DNA of 63,717 nt, filler included, from Reticulomyxa filosa (lineage: Eukaryota > Protista > Foraminifera): the NCBI GenBank assembly GCA_000512085.1. It is 18 parts of 18 records of this genome, joined end to end, with 100 filler letters (N's around TTAATTAATTAA, not from the genome) between each part and the next. Parts side by side here need not be neighbours in the genome. Positions count along the whole stretch, not along the records: positions 62,499 to 63,717 come from ASPP01000871.1; 17 more parts are not named here. One strand, written 5' to 3'. The position numbers and the translations under genes are program-made. Below, piece by piece: positions 63,316 through 63,717 of this stretch. The notes under the pieces were generated by a model. It was not told the origin of the DNA, ran no database searches, and saw only the letters and a list, made by a program, of their open reading frames with translations. Position 1 is the first letter of the stretch; the number at the start of each line of letters is the position of its first letter.

Positions 63316-63717
63316 TGTAAAACACTGGTTGGTGGAAACTGCAAGTTTTTTTTCGCTTCTTTTGGTAATTGGATTGTATTTGCTTGTTTTGGTGAGATAT
63401 ACAGTACCATTGTTTGAGTTGGTTATATTCAGCTGCCATTAGAATTAATAGCCTGTTGTCACAACACTTCTGTTGGAATTGTTGTTTCCTTCTTGATTAA
63501 TTTTGTTCCATTTGTAAGGGAAATTACCCTTATCCAGCTTTCCGTTAAAATGGACGTGGCTTATACTTTTTGTTACTAACTTGAAATTTCATGTTAGATT
63601 TTTCAAGTAGTATTAATTCCTTGTTTATATTTTTAATATTGACTACAATTTTTTGAAAGGTTTTCGCTAAAGAATATGTGGGACTTGTGAGAAGATTAAG
63701 TGTAATACGAAAGGAAC

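Overview
AT-rich eukaryotic nuclear DNA, not prokaryotic. It consists of 18 short contigs joined by an artificial 100-nt spacer (N44-TTAATTAATTAA-N44, 17 copies), so adjacency across spacers is not evidence of linkage. The intron style and the Kelch-like and WD40/pentapeptide repeat families suggest a foraminiferan such as Reticulomyxa filosa (inference). Recognisable genes, most of them intron-containing, are CBP20/NCBP2, FAM32A-like, a voltage-gated Ca/Na channel C-terminus, ATM kinase C-terminus, a USP36/42-like protease, a PHD/ePHD-AAA (ATAD2-like) protein, PIP5K, IST1, a WWE-domain protein, a paladin-like phosphatase and a large LRR plus beta-helix-like protein. They are mixed with many decayed copies (E2, ubiquitin-like, CAP-Gly, Kelch, WD40, AHCY) and transposon relics (a complete Tc1 with TIRs and a nested solo LTR, a LINE RT, dispersed Tc1 ends). 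The most notable observations are: an AHCY gene whose middle 191 bp is inverted between 3-bp inverted microhomologies; 5' splice sites often reading GTT with A-rich acceptors; an LRR protein fused to a filamentous-haemagglutinin-like solenoid; a TG..CA element with a 4-bp TSD interrupting the Tc1 transposase; and an unnamed repeated domain family found on two contigs.
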